Origin: Rhodoluna sp.
Lineage (GTDB): Bacteria; Actinomycetota; Actinomycetes; Actinomycetales; Microbacteriaceae
DNA: 64,000 nucleotides
Direction: 5' to 3' (one strand)
NCBI GenBank assembly: GCA_049276775.1
Contig: JBASXC010000028.1
Part shown: positions 41,774-51,837 of the stretch, in pieces
Layout: each line of letters begins with the position of its first letter
How positions within the stretch are numbered: the stretch's first letter is position 1
The notes under the pieces: model-generated
The model's database searches: none
The model's input: the letters and a program-made list of their open reading frames with translations, nothing else
Told to the model about the DNA's origin: nothing
Program-made: the position numbers and the translations under genes

Positions 41774-42790
41774 ATGGCTAGATCTCCCTTGATTTTAGCG
41801 GCACTAGCGAAAGACGCCGTTCCCCAGTTCGACTTCGCCCAGGTTAAGCACTTAGATGGCGGAACTTCGGGCGCATTTGATGCCGCCTTACTAACCGCAA
41901 AGAGCGGTGAGCACTTCGTGGTTCGCATGGCCAACAGTGCGAGTGCGGGAACAGAGCTAGAGGCTGAAATTCGTGCCATCAGGACTTTTACTCCTGTAAT
42001 TCGAATGAACTTGCCTTTTGAGGTCAGTCAGCTAGTCGGCGACACCCAAGACTCCAACGGAGCGCGCGCGATGGTTTTCAACTTTGTCTATGGAAACTCA
42101 ATCGAGATATCCCAAGTCGAAGCAATCTCTGATCTGACCCTGAGTATCGCAACCGCGATTGCGACAATTCACAAACTTCCAGCCGAGCTAGTTCAAGCCG
42201 CCGGTTTCCCAGAGCTTGATCCGTCTTCAAACCTCAAGTATCGAGTTTCAGAACTGGATCGAGCTGCCCAAACCGGTAAGGTCCCTCCGGTACTGCTCCA
42301 GCGCTGGGAATCAGCACTCGAAGACATCAGCTTGTTCAGATACCAGCCAACCGTTATTCACGGCAGCCTAAACGGACACAGCATGCTAGAGCTAGATGGA
42401 AAAGTCTCCGGTGTCTTGCACTGGTCCGGACTTCGAATCGCAGACCCAGCCGAGGACCTCGCCTGGATCCTTGGAGGTGCAGCACCTGAACTTTCAAGAA
42501 ACCTTATGGCTAGATACTACGAAGCAAGACCCGGAGCCGACAGCAACATCTGGCCTCGCGCTCTCCTATATAGCGAGCTTGAGCTAACCAGGTGGCTACT
42601 CCACGGATATTCAACCGGCAACCAAGAAATCATCGAAGATGCCGTTGGAATGTTGCTAGTTCTCACCGAAGAAGTGGAATCGGGCAAAGCCGAGCGCTTG
42701 CACGCGGCTCCTCTTGCAAGCACCATCGCCCAGCAAAAACTTGGCGAGCAGTCGGGCACACCGGAAACAAAAAACGACGAACTGTTTTAA
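41774..42790 (+). CDS. APH/choline-kinase-fold phosphotransferase-like protein, probably catalytically inactive.
   Basis: The segment VIHGSLNGHSMLELDGKVSGVLHWSGLRIADPAEDLAWIL aligns with the HGDxxxxN...DW/DF...DP..DLA core of the APH family, but with the key residues substituted. Confidence 0.65.
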   Translation: MARSPLILAALAKDAVPQFDFAQVKHLDGGTSGAFDAALLTAKSGEHFVVRMANSASAGTELEAEIRAIRTFTPVIRMNLPFEVSQLVGDTQDSNGARAMVFNFVYGNSIEISQVEAISDLTLSIATAIATIHKLPAELVQAAGFPELDPSSNLKYRVSELDRAAQTGKVPPVLLQRWESALEDISLFRYQPTVIHGSLNGHSMLELDGKVSGVLHWSGLRIADPAEDLAWILGGAAPELSRNLMARYYEARPGADSNIWPRALLYSELELTRWLLHGYSTGNQEIIEDAVGMLLVLTEEVESGKAERLHAAPLASTIAQQKLGEQSGTPETKNDELF

Positions 42791-45700
42791 CTAAACAGCC
42801 TGTCCCATAACTCAATTAGCTCTTTCGGGCTCAAGACAGTATCTGGAATCAATTCCAAATCGTCGGCAACGAAATAAAAACTAACGTCAATCGCTTCGAT
42901 TGGAATTGATCGAAGCTCCGAGTAAGCAAAGCGATAGAGGGCCAGCTGCAGGGCCATGCTCTCCTGCTCCGCCTTGGTCTTGGGAGCCGCACCGGTTTTC
43001 CAGTCGACTATCTCAAAACGGTCACCGACTTTGAACACGGCATCCAATTTGCAAACGAACGTGTTTAGCCCTCGGGTCAGATTAATTTCAACCTCAACGT
43101 CCTCGCGGGGCAGATCCCTAAACCTGGAATTTTTGAACACCTCGGCGAGATCTTCGATGTCACCGGTTTGGTTATCAACCTCAGAGATGAGGAAATCCTC
43201 GACCCAGGTGTGAAAGGCGGTGCCAGTCTTAGTCGCGCGGTATGGCTCCGAAGGAACCGGCCTCAGGTAGTTGGCGGCTTGCGCAGTTGTGTCCGCAACA
43301 AAATCTTTGAACCTAGAAGCTGGGATTCTAACCGGGAGTGCAATCTCGGACAGTGCTCTGATTCGATCGTCTTGTTCGCGAAGCAGTATGTCAATTTCTT
43401 CGTGAAGCCTAGACCCCGCAAAGTCGGCTTCGGAAATTTTTAAAAATTTGTCTGCCGCCTCTTCTACCGAGGCCGCTGCCTGATCAACTAAAGAACGGTG
43501 AGAATCACCGATTGGCTCAAGTGGCCAAGCTTGAGCTCTGGGAGTTAGATCCAATGGGTTTTCATCAGATTCCTTCTCAGGAAAATCAAATTGGCCATCG
43601 GCAAGCTCAGTGAAAAACCTTGAAGGTTTTCTAGCTCCCGAGTTAGCCGGTTTCCAATAAGAACCGGAGCAAAGCAGAGCTTGCTTGGCCCTCGTGATTG
43701 CAACATAAATAAGTCTGAACTCTTCTCGGAGCTGGTGCTCCTTGTTATCGGACTTAAACTTTTCAGCGGCCGCCTTGGCATCGGCCTGGGCTTGACAACC
43801 CTCGAGAGAAAAAACCGGAAGTGAGTTGGCGTCCCCGCGAAGCGGAAACGGTAGCTCGGCTCCCGAAAGCCAACCCGAGGTCGACCTGGGCTTTGAGGGA
43901 AAATCATCCTCGACGAGATTTGGAATCGCAACGTAATCCCACTCGAGACCTTTAGCGGCGTGCACAGTTAGGACCTGTACAACCCCGGCACCTGGAGTCA
44001 CCTTAGGGATCTCAAATCTTTCTTTCTTGGCGGCGTAGTCCAACCAATTCAGAAACTGACCGAGTAGTGAAGCTGCCGAGCCAGTACCGAAACCAGCAAC
44101 GATTTCATAGAAGGACTGAAGCTGGGCCATCGGGTTTTGAAGCTTCGGGTTGGCGCGAAGCTCGATGTCGAGCCAAAGCTCTTCGCAACAAACCCTTACA
44201 AAGTCCGTCAGTGGCAAAGCGGTAGCTGATCGAAGATTCTGAAATAGCCTGGCCGCTTCCCGAAGGCGTGCCAAAGAAGCATCGGAGAACTGCTTAAGTA
44301 GCTCAAGCTTTTCGTTCAGAACCGCATCCAGTGCTTCAACTATCGTGATCTCCTCGCGAAATACTCCCTCTTGCTTTGGTCCTGAGAGCTTTTTGGCAAT
44401 CACAAAAAGCCGGTCAATATCTTTGATTCCTATGCGCCACCTGGCTCCCGTAAGGAGCCTGATGAGTTCACTTCCTGCATCGGCGCGCTGAACCACCTTC
44501 AAAGCTGAGACCAGGTCAACAATTTCGGGAAGTTCCAAAAGGCCCCCGAGCCCAACAACTTCCACTTCAATCCCCTGCTGCTGCAACTTCTCAACAAACA
44601 GCGCCATCGAAGATCTCTTGCGCATAAGCACCGCACAACTTCTTCCTGAAGCTGCAGCTGGCTTTAGCCAGCTGGCGACTTTTTCCGCCTCTCGCTCTAT
44701 GTCTTGCTCAAACACAAAGTCAGTAGTTCCTGAAATCGCATCCTGTTTGGCCACCAGCTTTACCGGCAGCACCCGCTCAGAAAATTCCTGCCGTCTTTCA
44801 TAACTTGCTAAGGTTCCCAGAGGCTCGGAGATCTTGTTAGCCAATACGAGCACGCTGGTTGGGTTTCGCCAGCTTGTTTGAAGTGAAAAGTGCTTCGCAC
44901 TTCCAAAATCAAGAGCGAACTGGTCAAGGTTTGAAGAACTTGCTCCCCGCCAGCCATAGATCGACTGGTTGGGATCTCCAACCCCAAAAACAGAAGCGTT
45001 TGAAAACAGTGTCGAAAGCAGCTTGGTTTGTAGCACCGAGGTGTCTTGATACTCATCAAGAAGTACCTGGGTAAAGTTTTCCCTGATTTGACCAGCAGCC
45101 TGATCTATCTCTGTCACGGCCCTAAAGGCGAGGGCTACCTGATCTGAATAGTCAACCACCGAGCGCTTCTTTTTCTCGTTCTGGAACAACTCGGCAAGTT
45201 CTGCAATCAGCGGTGTTGGCTTTAGTGCCTCCACCATATCCCCGATGTATCCAAATCTCGAGTCAACTTCTTGACCGGCTTTTTTGGGAAGTGACCCGAT
45301 TTGGTTAGCAGTTTGCTCAACCAGCTCGCGGATGGATTCGGCACTTGCCCCGTTATCACTCATGGCCTGGGATAGCTCAAGAACTTTTTGCACGAGGTTA
45401 TCTAGATTCAGCTCTAGGTCACTTAAGCTTCCAGAAACACTGGATCCGTACCTAACGCAAACTTCCCTAGCCAACTGAAAGGCCGAAGCCTCACTTAGCA
45501 GCGTCGACTCACTCTCGTAGCCAAGCGCTAGTGAGTTATCGCGGAAGATCTGATTCGAAAAGGCGTTGTAGGTGGAAATAGTCGGTGTAACAAATTCAAA
45601 TTCAAGATCTTCCGGCCAGTAGGAGCTTTCGCGAAGCCTAATCAGGGCCTCAAATATTCGCTTCGATAATTCGGTGGCAGCTTTTTTGGTGAAGGTAAGC

Positions 45701-45921
45701 CCCAGGATTTGCTCGGGCCTTGCAAAGCCATTGGCAACTAGCCAAAGCACTCTAACCGCGAGTAGTTCAGTCTTACCGCTACCAGCTCCGGCGACAACCA
45801 GGGATGGTGAATCAAGCGGAGCGTTCTCAATGGCATGAATCTTCTCCGGTGCCAATTCAAAGTCCTTGATGACCTTGAATATCTCACTTGCGGAATACTT
45901 GAACACCTGTCTATCCGACAT
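42787..45921 (-). CDS. adnB: AdnB-like helicase-nuclease subunit (UvrD-like motor plus C-terminal PD-(D/E)XK nuclease).
   Basis: AGAGSGKT, LLDEYQDTS, GDPNQSIYGWRGA, VHAAKGLEW, YVAITRA, and C-terminal CKLDAVF...IVDWKTG. Confidence 0.8.
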   Translation of the reverse strand: MSDRQVFKYSASEIFKVIKDFELAPEKIHAIENAPLDSPSLVVAGAGSGKTELLAVRVLWLVANGFARPEQILGLTFTKKAATELSKRIFEALIRLRESSYWPEDLEFEFVTPTISTYNAFSNQIFRDNSLALGYESESTLLSEASAFQLAREVCVRYGSSVSGSLSDLELNLDNLVQKVLELSQAMSDNGASAESIRELVEQTANQIGSLPKKAGQEVDSRFGYIGDMVEALKPTPLIAELAELFQNEKKKRSVVDYSDQVALAFRAVTEIDQAAGQIRENFTQVLLDEYQDTSVLQTKLLSTLFSNASVFGVGDPNQSIYGWRGASSSNLDQFALDFGSAKHFSLQTSWRNPTSVLVLANKISEPLGTLASYERRQEFSERVLPVKLVAKQDAISGTTDFVFEQDIEREAEKVASWLKPAAASGRSCAVLMRKRSSMALFVEKLQQQGIEVEVVGLGGLLELPEIVDLVSALKVVQRADAGSELIRLLTGARWRIGIKDIDRLFVIAKKLSGPKQEGVFREEITIVEALDAVLNEKLELLKQFSDASLARLREAARLFQNLRSATALPLTDFVRVCCEELWLDIELRANPKLQNPMAQLQSFYEIVAGFGTGSAASLLGQFLNWLDYAAKKERFEIPKVTPGAGVVQVLTVHAAKGLEWDYVAIPNLVEDDFPSKPRSTSGWLSGAELPFPLRGDANSLPVFSLEGCQAQADAKAAAEKFKSDNKEHQLREEFRLIYVAITRAKQALLCSGSYWKPANSGARKPSRFFTELADGQFDFPEKESDENPLDLTPRAQAWPLEPIGDSHRSLVDQAAASVEEAADKFLKISEADFAGSRLHEEIDILLREQDDRIRALSEIALPVRIPASRFKDFVADTTAQAANYLRPVPSEPYRATKTGTAFHTWVEDFLISEVDNQTGDIEDLAEVFKNSRFRDLPREDVEVEINLTRGLNTFVCKLDAVFKVGDRFEIVDWKTGAAPKTKAEQESMALQLALYRFAYSELRSIPIEAIDVSFYFVADDLELIPDTVLSPKELIELWDRLFS

Positions 45922-48900
45922 AGCTCACCGCCGGAGTAAGGTGAAGGGAGCATGACCCGTATTCTCGCTCTTGCTCGCAGTGCTGAGATAGCTGGGCTAT
46001 AAATACCTGCCTCGACATACCCTCGGAAGAATCCAGCAAGAGTTTTTTGAACCGAGCCGATTTTGTTTCATCCATTGGGTCTTGACTGCGCTCTGTGTAG
46101 TTGGCTCCACCAACAATTAGAAGTTTCGCTCCAGCTAAGGCCTCCGGCTTTAGACCTTCAACTTTTTCAAAGCCTCCTTCTAGTACCGCCATTTGATAAA
46201 GGGCAAGCTGGGGATTGGTTTTCGTCTCCTCAGCGGTAGCGGCAAGTTTTCCAGTTTTTAGATCAACAATTACTACGTTCCCGTCAGCAAGCTGTTCGAT
46301 ACGGTCCACCTGACCTCGAACCTGGATGTTGCCAACATCGAAACTAAAGTTTTGCTCCCGCCCCAACACCTTGCCGCCGGCCTTCTCAAACTTCCCCAGA
46401 TAGCTGGCGAGGTTTGTAAGCATGCGGGCAGCCTGGCGCTTTCCAAGCTCCTCCAGCCAGTCCGCTTCAAACTCAAGTGAATTCCATCGAGAGAGCTTTA
46501 GTTTCTCAAGCTCTGCTAAATCAGAACTCTCAGAAACTTCCAGCACCTCGTGAATCAAGGAACCAAGGGATGCCGAGAAAGAGCCGGAGGATCCGCCGTG
46601 GGTTTCAATAAACCAGTGCAGTGGACACTTCAAATAGTTTTCAAGTTGCGAGGGTCTTATTTGCAGACTCTCAGTTGCTAAGTCGGTTAGCGGCTCCGTC
46701 GTCGAAATAGGAAGTAAGCCATACCAGCTCGCAGGACTCGCCCCCGGAACTCCAGCTGCTGCAAGCCTTGCCAACCCAAGAGCTGCCTCACCACTGTTCT
46801 GTGCTTTACCGGTTGCAAGTTCTCTCCTAAGGTTTCCCACCAGTGACCGCAGGGTGTGGGTTTTATAGACAGCTGTTTCTGTTTCAGGATAAGTTCCGAA
46901 AACTAGCGGCAAGAATTGAGAGAGCTGCTCCTCCTGGCTTTCAGTTGCCGTTAACACCAAACGCTCCGAGGCAGCTCCGCAAGCTTTATTGAACATGCGA
47001 AGCTCTCCGGTGAGTTCGGATTGCTTTAGCTCACTAGCTAGCGACACCTCTCCGGCAATTAGCGCATCCAGAGCATTGGCCCCAAGAAGCGAAGATCTGG
47101 GCTTTAGGTTTGGCCACACTCCTTCAGAAAGACCGGGCAACAAAACGGTGTCAAAGCGGCGTCCGATAAGACCCGATGGGGTAAGAAGCAGGACCTGATT
47201 TTGCTGGCGGTTATTTAGGGCAAGCGAATCCTCCGGGATCTCGCGATCTAACTGATCTTGAATAAAATCAATCGCCCTAGAGCCTGGATTACGTTCTTCG
47301 TATCTCACGGCCGCTGCAAAAAGCCTAAGTATCGAATCTAGGTTTCTACCGGCCTGAAGGGATACTTCAGACACTCCCCTGGAAAGCTCACTCCACCGCT
47401 TTAGGATTTTGGTTTCAGCTACCAGCTGCCATAGCACCGCCTCAGCAGTTGTTCCAGGTTCCAACCCAAGCTCTCGAACGCTAGCCAACAGACGAACTAT
47501 TTTTTCGGCAGCGCTTGCCTCGTTGGATCGAATTAGAGAAAGCGAATTCGGGTTTTGAAAAGCCTCCTCGAGTAGTTGATCGGATGTGGTTTCAAAATCC
47601 TCGGATTGTTTTCGAAGTGAGCGACGAAGTCGCAGGATACCAAGCTGATCCAATCCGGCCAGTTCCGAGGTAAGTATCTCAACGGCCAACTCTGCACTGA
47701 CCGGCTCATCGCCTAGGCAAATCCGAGCCAGGCGAAGTAGCTGTCCCGAAGCATGCTCGTCTTTTAGGGACGCGGCTGATCCCACAATTCGAACCGGGAC
47801 CGATTCGCCACTTAGCCCAAGGGCTAATTTTTCAAGTTCCGGACGACTTCTTGCAACTACCGCCATCTTTGACCAGGGAACTTGATCGAATAGGTGCCTT
47901 TTTCGGAGTAGGCCTGCAACAAAACTTAATTCTTCGGATTCCGAGCGAAAAACTTTCACCACCAGGCCTTCGCCATCGGGCGAGAGTGCAGCTGGTGGCG
48001 TGAGGCCCTTGCGCTGCCTTCCCGCTCTGGCAACTTGTATTTGGGCGCTTACCTTGGCAAGCGCGGCGGATATTGCGGGGCGGCGAACAGCATGGGTTGG
48101 CTCTAGAAATATTCTTTCGACAGAAACCTTGGCTCGAGCTGCAATTTTTTCACTCAGCTCGCTCATGGCCTTCGGGTTAGCAACCCTAAATCCAAGTGTT
48201 GCGCTATCGGGATCACCAAACAGGGTCACACCCGCCCCAAATCTAGTTAGGGCAAACAGTAGCTCGGCAGCCGCCGGAGTGAGCTCCTGAGCATCGTCAA
48301 CCAAAATTGTCTTGAGTCCCAGAAGTGACTGCGGAAGAGCATCGAGCAGAGCAAGGGCATTGGCTGCTTCACGCAGTAAAGACGCCGAGTCAAAACGTGC
48401 TCTTCCCTCTATGTGAAGTTTTGCAAGGTAGCTTTCAAATACCTCGGCGGCTGCTACCCACTGGGGTAGGTTTTGGACTTTGCCGAGCTCGCCTAGCTTC
48501 GAGGGGGTTAGGCCGTGCTCGAGGCTTGCTGCAACCAAATCTCGAAGCTCGGTGCGAAATCCGGTGAGTGATCGAACTCCAGAATCTAAGTTTTTAGGCC
48601 ACAAAGATCCATCGGTTTCTTCCAGTACCTCTTTTAGCATCTGGTCCTGCTCGCTACCGCTTACCAGGACCGGCGCAAGCTCACCTCTTTGTTTTGCATC
48701 GCTTGCCAAAATTGAAAACGCCAAGCTGGTCAGAGTCTTAGCCAGCGGTCCCTCGCTGGCACCTTGATACTCAAGGGCCAACTGATCGCGCAATGTGTTG
48801 GCGCTTTCGCGAGTGGCGGCAATGACAATAATTTCAGCCGGTGAAATGCCATTAGATACCAGGTGTAAAAACCTGGCAACCAGGGCACATGTCTTTCCCG

Positions 48901-49030
48901 ACCCGGGTGATCCAAAAATGGTTCCGACCGAGGCGGCGGGCAGGGCGCTCGCACTTAGCTGGGAGGGTGAAAGCTCAAAGCTTTTGACCGATGCAGATTG
49001 CGGCTTGAGGATAAATCGCGGATCGGTCAT
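45911..49030 (-). CDS. adnA: AdnA-like helicase-nuclease subunit.
   Basis: GSPGSGKT, ILVDDAQELT, and the C-terminal nuclease motif GQVDRIEQ...VIVDLKTGK. It is upstream of adnB and overlaps it by 11 nt. Confidence 0.78.
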   Translation of the reverse strand: MTDPRFILKPQSASVKSFELSPSQLSASALPAASVGTIFGSPGSGKTCALVARFLHLVSNGISPAEIIVIAATRESANTLRDQLALEYQGASEGPLAKTLTSLAFSILASDAKQRGELAPVLVSGSEQDQMLKEVLEETDGSLWPKNLDSGVRSLTGFRTELRDLVAASLEHGLTPSKLGELGKVQNLPQWVAAAEVFESYLAKLHIEGRARFDSASLLREAANALALLDALPQSLLGLKTILVDDAQELTPAAAELLFALTRFGAGVTLFGDPDSATLGFRVANPKAMSELSEKIAARAKVSVERIFLEPTHAVRRPAISAALAKVSAQIQVARAGRQRKGLTPPAALSPDGEGLVVKVFRSESEELSFVAGLLRKRHLFDQVPWSKMAVVARSRPELEKLALGLSGESVPVRIVGSAASLKDEHASGQLLRLARICLGDEPVSAELAVEILTSELAGLDQLGILRLRRSLRKQSEDFETTSDQLLEEAFQNPNSLSLIRSNEASAAEKIVRLLASVRELGLEPGTTAEAVLWQLVAETKILKRWSELSRGVSEVSLQAGRNLDSILRLFAAAVRYEERNPGSRAIDFIQDQLDREIPEDSLALNNRQQNQVLLLTPSGLIGRRFDTVLLPGLSEGVWPNLKPRSSLLGANALDALIAGEVSLASELKQSELTGELRMFNKACGAASERLVLTATESQEEQLSQFLPLVFGTYPETETAVYKTHTLRSLVGNLRRELATGKAQNSGEAALGLARLAAAGVPGASPASWYGLLPISTTEPLTDLATESLQIRPSQLENYLKCPLHWFIETHGGSSGSFSASLGSLIHEVLEVSESSDLAELEKLKLSRWNSLEFEADWLEELGKRQAARMLTNLASYLGKFEKAGGKVLGREQNFSFDVGNIQVRGQVDRIEQLADGNVVIVDLKTGKLAATAEETKTNPQLALYQMAVLEGGFEKVEGLKPEALAGAKLLIVGGANYTERSQDPMDETKSARFKKLLLDSSEGMSRQVFIAQLSQHCEQEREYGSCSLHLTPAVSYVG

Positions 49031-49112
49031 TTTCCAAAGATACTAAAGGCCACTGACAGCTAGGTCTTAGGCGTTGCCCAAAGGCCGTAATCTAGTATCA
49101 GAAAGGTTGGTC

Positions 49113-49337
49113 ATGGAAATCAAAATCGGTATCAAACACTCTGCCCGCGAGCTCAGCTTCGAAATCACGGAGACAGCCAAAGAGCTGGAAGCAAAGGTTT
49201 CGGCAAGCATCGAATCCGGAGCAAAGCTTCTAAACCTAACGGACTCGAAGGGTAACGTCTTTTTGGTCCCAACCGAGGGAATTTCCTACTTAGAGATTGG
49301 TGCCGAGGAAGCTAGAAGGGTTGGTTTCATCTCCTAA
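49113..49337 (+). CDS. DUF3107 domain protein.
   Basis: MEIKIGIKHSARELSFE...VFLVPTEGISYLEIGAEEARRVGF matches the conserved family. The start was trimmed to ATG 49113 after GAAAGG. Confidence 0.8.
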   Translation: MEIKIGIKHSARELSFEITETAKELEAKVSASIESGAKLLNLTDSKGNVFLVPTEGISYLEIGAEEARRVGFIS

Positions 49338-49621
49338 TGGAATTTCTATTCATTGTTTTCTATACCGCGGTGCTTGCACTGGTAGCCCCATACGTCAAGA
49401 TAACCTCCGACCGCTACGGGTCTCTGGTGCCGCCGGCCATTGGCTTGGCAACCGGATCCGTTATTTGGATACTTCTTACCTGGTTGGGCTTTAGCTACGT
49501 CGACGGTTGGATTTGGACCATCGTGATGCTGTCGATGCCGATAGCTATGTTCTTTGGCTCAAAGGCGCTTGCCGATAAGCGCGAGAAGGAAGACAATCAG
49601 GCTTTGGCCGCTACGCGGTAA
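49337..49621 (+). CDS. Small 3-TM membrane protein of unknown function.
   Basis: Hydrophobic 94-aa ORF. Its ATG overlaps the DUF3107 stop (TAATG). Confidence 0.55.
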   Translation: MEFLFIVFYTAVLALVAPYVKITSDRYGSLVPPAIGLATGSVIWILLTWLGFSYVDGWIWTIVMLSMPIAMFFGSKALADKREKEDNQALAATR

Positions 49622-50384
49622 GTCCTACCGCATCCATTCGAAGTGAGTGAGCGGCGATCATCTCGGTGACCAGCGGCTCAATCTTTGAGTAAGACTCAAG
49701 GTTTATCTTTCGTTCCTGCTCAAGGGTGAGTGTGGACTTCTTATCCGAACCGGACAGCTTCTTATTGTCAAAAGCTGCTCGAACTTCCAGCAAGACGTCT
49801 CCCATGAGTCTCCTTCCCCAAAGGGCAAGTCTTGACTCGAGGCTTTCGTTGCCAGACATTCCCTCAACTAGCACCCGCTTGGCGAATTTCTCAAAGGTCT
49901 TATCCGACAGTGCCTTTTCGACATCCTCGCGAAGCTCCTTGGGTAAACCAAAAGCTAGCCTGCGGTAGAAATCATCAAGAAGCCCAGACACCAGGTATAT
50001 CTTGATTACCGACTCATACCAGTCGATACCGGCGGTGCGGGAGTGAAAGGTATCGATTCGCTCGACGAATGGATCCATCGAGTCCGTCACATCAAAGCCC
50101 AGGCCGGATAGTTTTTTGGATATCGCTCGGTACTTTTCAAAGCTCTTTGCGGCAGCTTCGGAAAGCTCCGCTTTATAGGCGGTGGTCGGCGCGTACTTCA
50201 ACTCATTGGTTAAGATTTCAAAGTTTGAAAGCAAAAGGTAAGCCAACTGTCCCAGGTATATCTTGGGCTCTGGAGTGTAGGGCTTGAGATCCACCTTGCC
50301 CTGGTTTCTTCCAGTTCGCTCCTGACGGTCGGGAAGGGCTAACTTTCCAACCTTTTTGCGAAACGCTTTTAGCCACTCGAACAT
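49611..50384 (-). CDS. Ferritin-like-fold protein (conserved actinobacterial neighbour of the DEAD-box helicase).
   Basis: 257-aa helical protein. Assignment rests on size, position, and general resemblance only. Confidence 0.5.
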   Translation of the reverse strand: MFEWLKAFRKKVGKLALPDRQERTGRNQGKVDLKPYTPEPKIYLGQLAYLLLSNFEILTNELKYAPTTAYKAELSEAAAKSFEKYRAISKKLSGLGFDVTDSMDPFVERIDTFHSRTAGIDWYESVIKIYLVSGLLDDFYRRLAFGLPKELREDVEKALSDKTFEKFAKRVLVEGMSGNESLESRLALWGRRLMGDVLLEVRAAFDNKKLSGSDKKSTLTLEQERKINLESYSKIEPLVTEMIAAHSLRMDAVGLTA

Positions 50385-50448
50385 CCCTCCAGCATATACG
50401 GCTTATTCGATGCCCAAGTAGAGTAGGAAAGGTATAAATAGGAGCATA

Positions 50449-51837
50449 TTGACATTCAAAGATCTAGGTATCGACAGCGATATCGTGCAGGCCCTAGAGG
50501 CCAAAGGAATTACCAGCCCATTCCCAATCCAGGAACAATCCATCCCGCTTGCCCTCACCGGCCAAGACATCATCGGGCAGGCCAAAACTGGAACCGGAAA
50601 GACCCTAGGTTTTGGGCTACCCCTTATCCAGTCTCTCGGTCTGGACCCCGCTCACGGTGCAAAAGCCCTGGTTGTAGTTCCAACCAGAGAGCTAGCAATT
50701 CAGGTCGCACAAGATCTAAAGCTAGCCACAAGCAATCGATCCACCACCGTTGCCGCCATTTATGGTGGCAAGGCCTACGAGGGCCAGGTAGCTGAAATCG
50801 ACGCCGGAGCGCAGATCATTGTTGGAACACCGGGTCGACTAATCGATTTATCGAAGCAGAAAAAACTGGACCTTGGAAATATCCAATTCATGGTGCTCGA
50901 CGAAGCCGACGAGATGCTGGACCTGGGGTTCTTACCCGACGTTGAGAAACTTTTTGCCTACACTCCCTCTCACCGTCAGACCATGCTGTTCTCGGCAACC
51001 ATGCCCGGAGCCATAGTGTCATTGGCAAGAAAGTACCAAAACAAACCGGTTCACATCCGAGTCAACGATCCGGACGAGGGACTCACCAAGGCCGATATCA
51101 AGCAGTTTGTTTACCGCGCTCACTCACTGGATAAAGATGAAGTGGTTGGAAGAATTCTGCAAGCCGAAACAAGAGGCAAGACAATAATCTTCTGCCGCAC
51201 TAAGCGCCAGGCCGGCAAGCTTTCGGAAGAACTAATCGATCGTGGCTTCAACGCAAGCGCCCTACACGGCGACATGACCCAGGAAGCCAGAGAGAGATCG
51301 ATGACGGCTTTTCGCACCGGCAAAAAAGACATTCTGGTGGCAACCGAAGTTGCAGCTCGAGGCATTGACGTAGACGACGTGACTCACGTCATCAATTACT
51401 CGGTTCCCGAAGACGAGAAGGCCTACCTGCACAGGGTTGGAAGAACCGGCCGCGCCGGAAGACTCGGTATTGCCGTGACTTTTGTGGACTGGGATGATTT
51501 ATCTCGTTGGACCCATATCGACAGAGAGCTCTCCTTCGGACAGCCCGAACCGATGGAAACCTACTCGAGCTCCGAGCACCTTTTCACGGACCTAAACATC
51601 CCAGCCGGAACCAAGGGAAGAATTCGCGCCTCTACAAAAGTTGCCACCAAGCCCTCGACCTCCTCGAATTCCAGATCTGCCGGCTCAAAGCCGAGAACTT
51701 CGGAGCGACCAAAGCACCACAAAAAAGAATCCGAACCTCATAAGCCGAGGGTTCCGCACGAGGGAAAATCAGAGCACAAGCAGCCGCCTAGAAACAGAAC
51801 CAGAAACCGCACCCGAAGCGGTCAGGCACCTAGCTAG
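50449..51837 (+). CDS. DEAD-box ATP-dependent RNA helicase with a basic C-terminal tail.
   Basis: Q-motif FPIQ, AKTGTGKT, DEAD (VLDEADEML), SAT, ARGID, and HRVGRTGRAG. The tail is rich in K/R/P/S. Confidence 0.93.
   Translation: MTFKDLGIDSDIVQALEAKGITSPFPIQEQSIPLALTGQDIIGQAKTGTGKTLGFGLPLIQSLGLDPAHGAKALVVVPTRELAIQVAQDLKLATSNRSTTVAAIYGGKAYEGQVAEIDAGAQIIVGTPGRLIDLSKQKKLDLGNIQFMVLDEADEMLDLGFLPDVEKLFAYTPSHRQTMLFSATMPGAIVSLARKYQNKPVHIRVNDPDEGLTKADIKQFVYRAHSLDKDEVVGRILQAETRGKTIIFCRTKRQAGKLSEELIDRGFNASALHGDMTQEARERSMTAFRTGKKDILVATEVAARGIDVDDVTHVINYSVPEDEKAYLHRVGRTGRAGRLGIAVTFVDWDDLSRWTHIDRELSFGQPEPMETYSSSEHLFTDLNIPAGTKGRIRASTKVATKPSTSSNSRSAGSKPRTSERPKHHKKESEPHKPRVPHEGKSEHKQPPRNRTRNRTRSGQAPS

Noticed and set aside
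45911-46100. A possible AddB-type iron-sulfur cluster in the AdnA-like nuclease domain (Cys in KCPLHW, HCEQ, SCSLH).
   Set aside because: Only three nearby cysteines were found by eye, and their spacing does not match the pattern I recall. This cannot be supported without an alignment.
39085-49030. A cluster of three SF1 helicase/nuclease genes plus a NAD-hydrolysing Nudix enzyme and a kinase-fold protein, which superficially resembles a phage-defence island.
   Set aside because: The gene content and order (uvrD2-like, nudC, adnB, adnA, flanked by UPF0182, the PDZ protease, and the DEAD-box helicase) match the conserved housekeeping DNA-repair neighbourhood of Actinobacteria, for example the M. 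tuberculosis uvrD2-nudC-adnB-adnA region. There is no compositional break, integrase, or mobile-element boundary.
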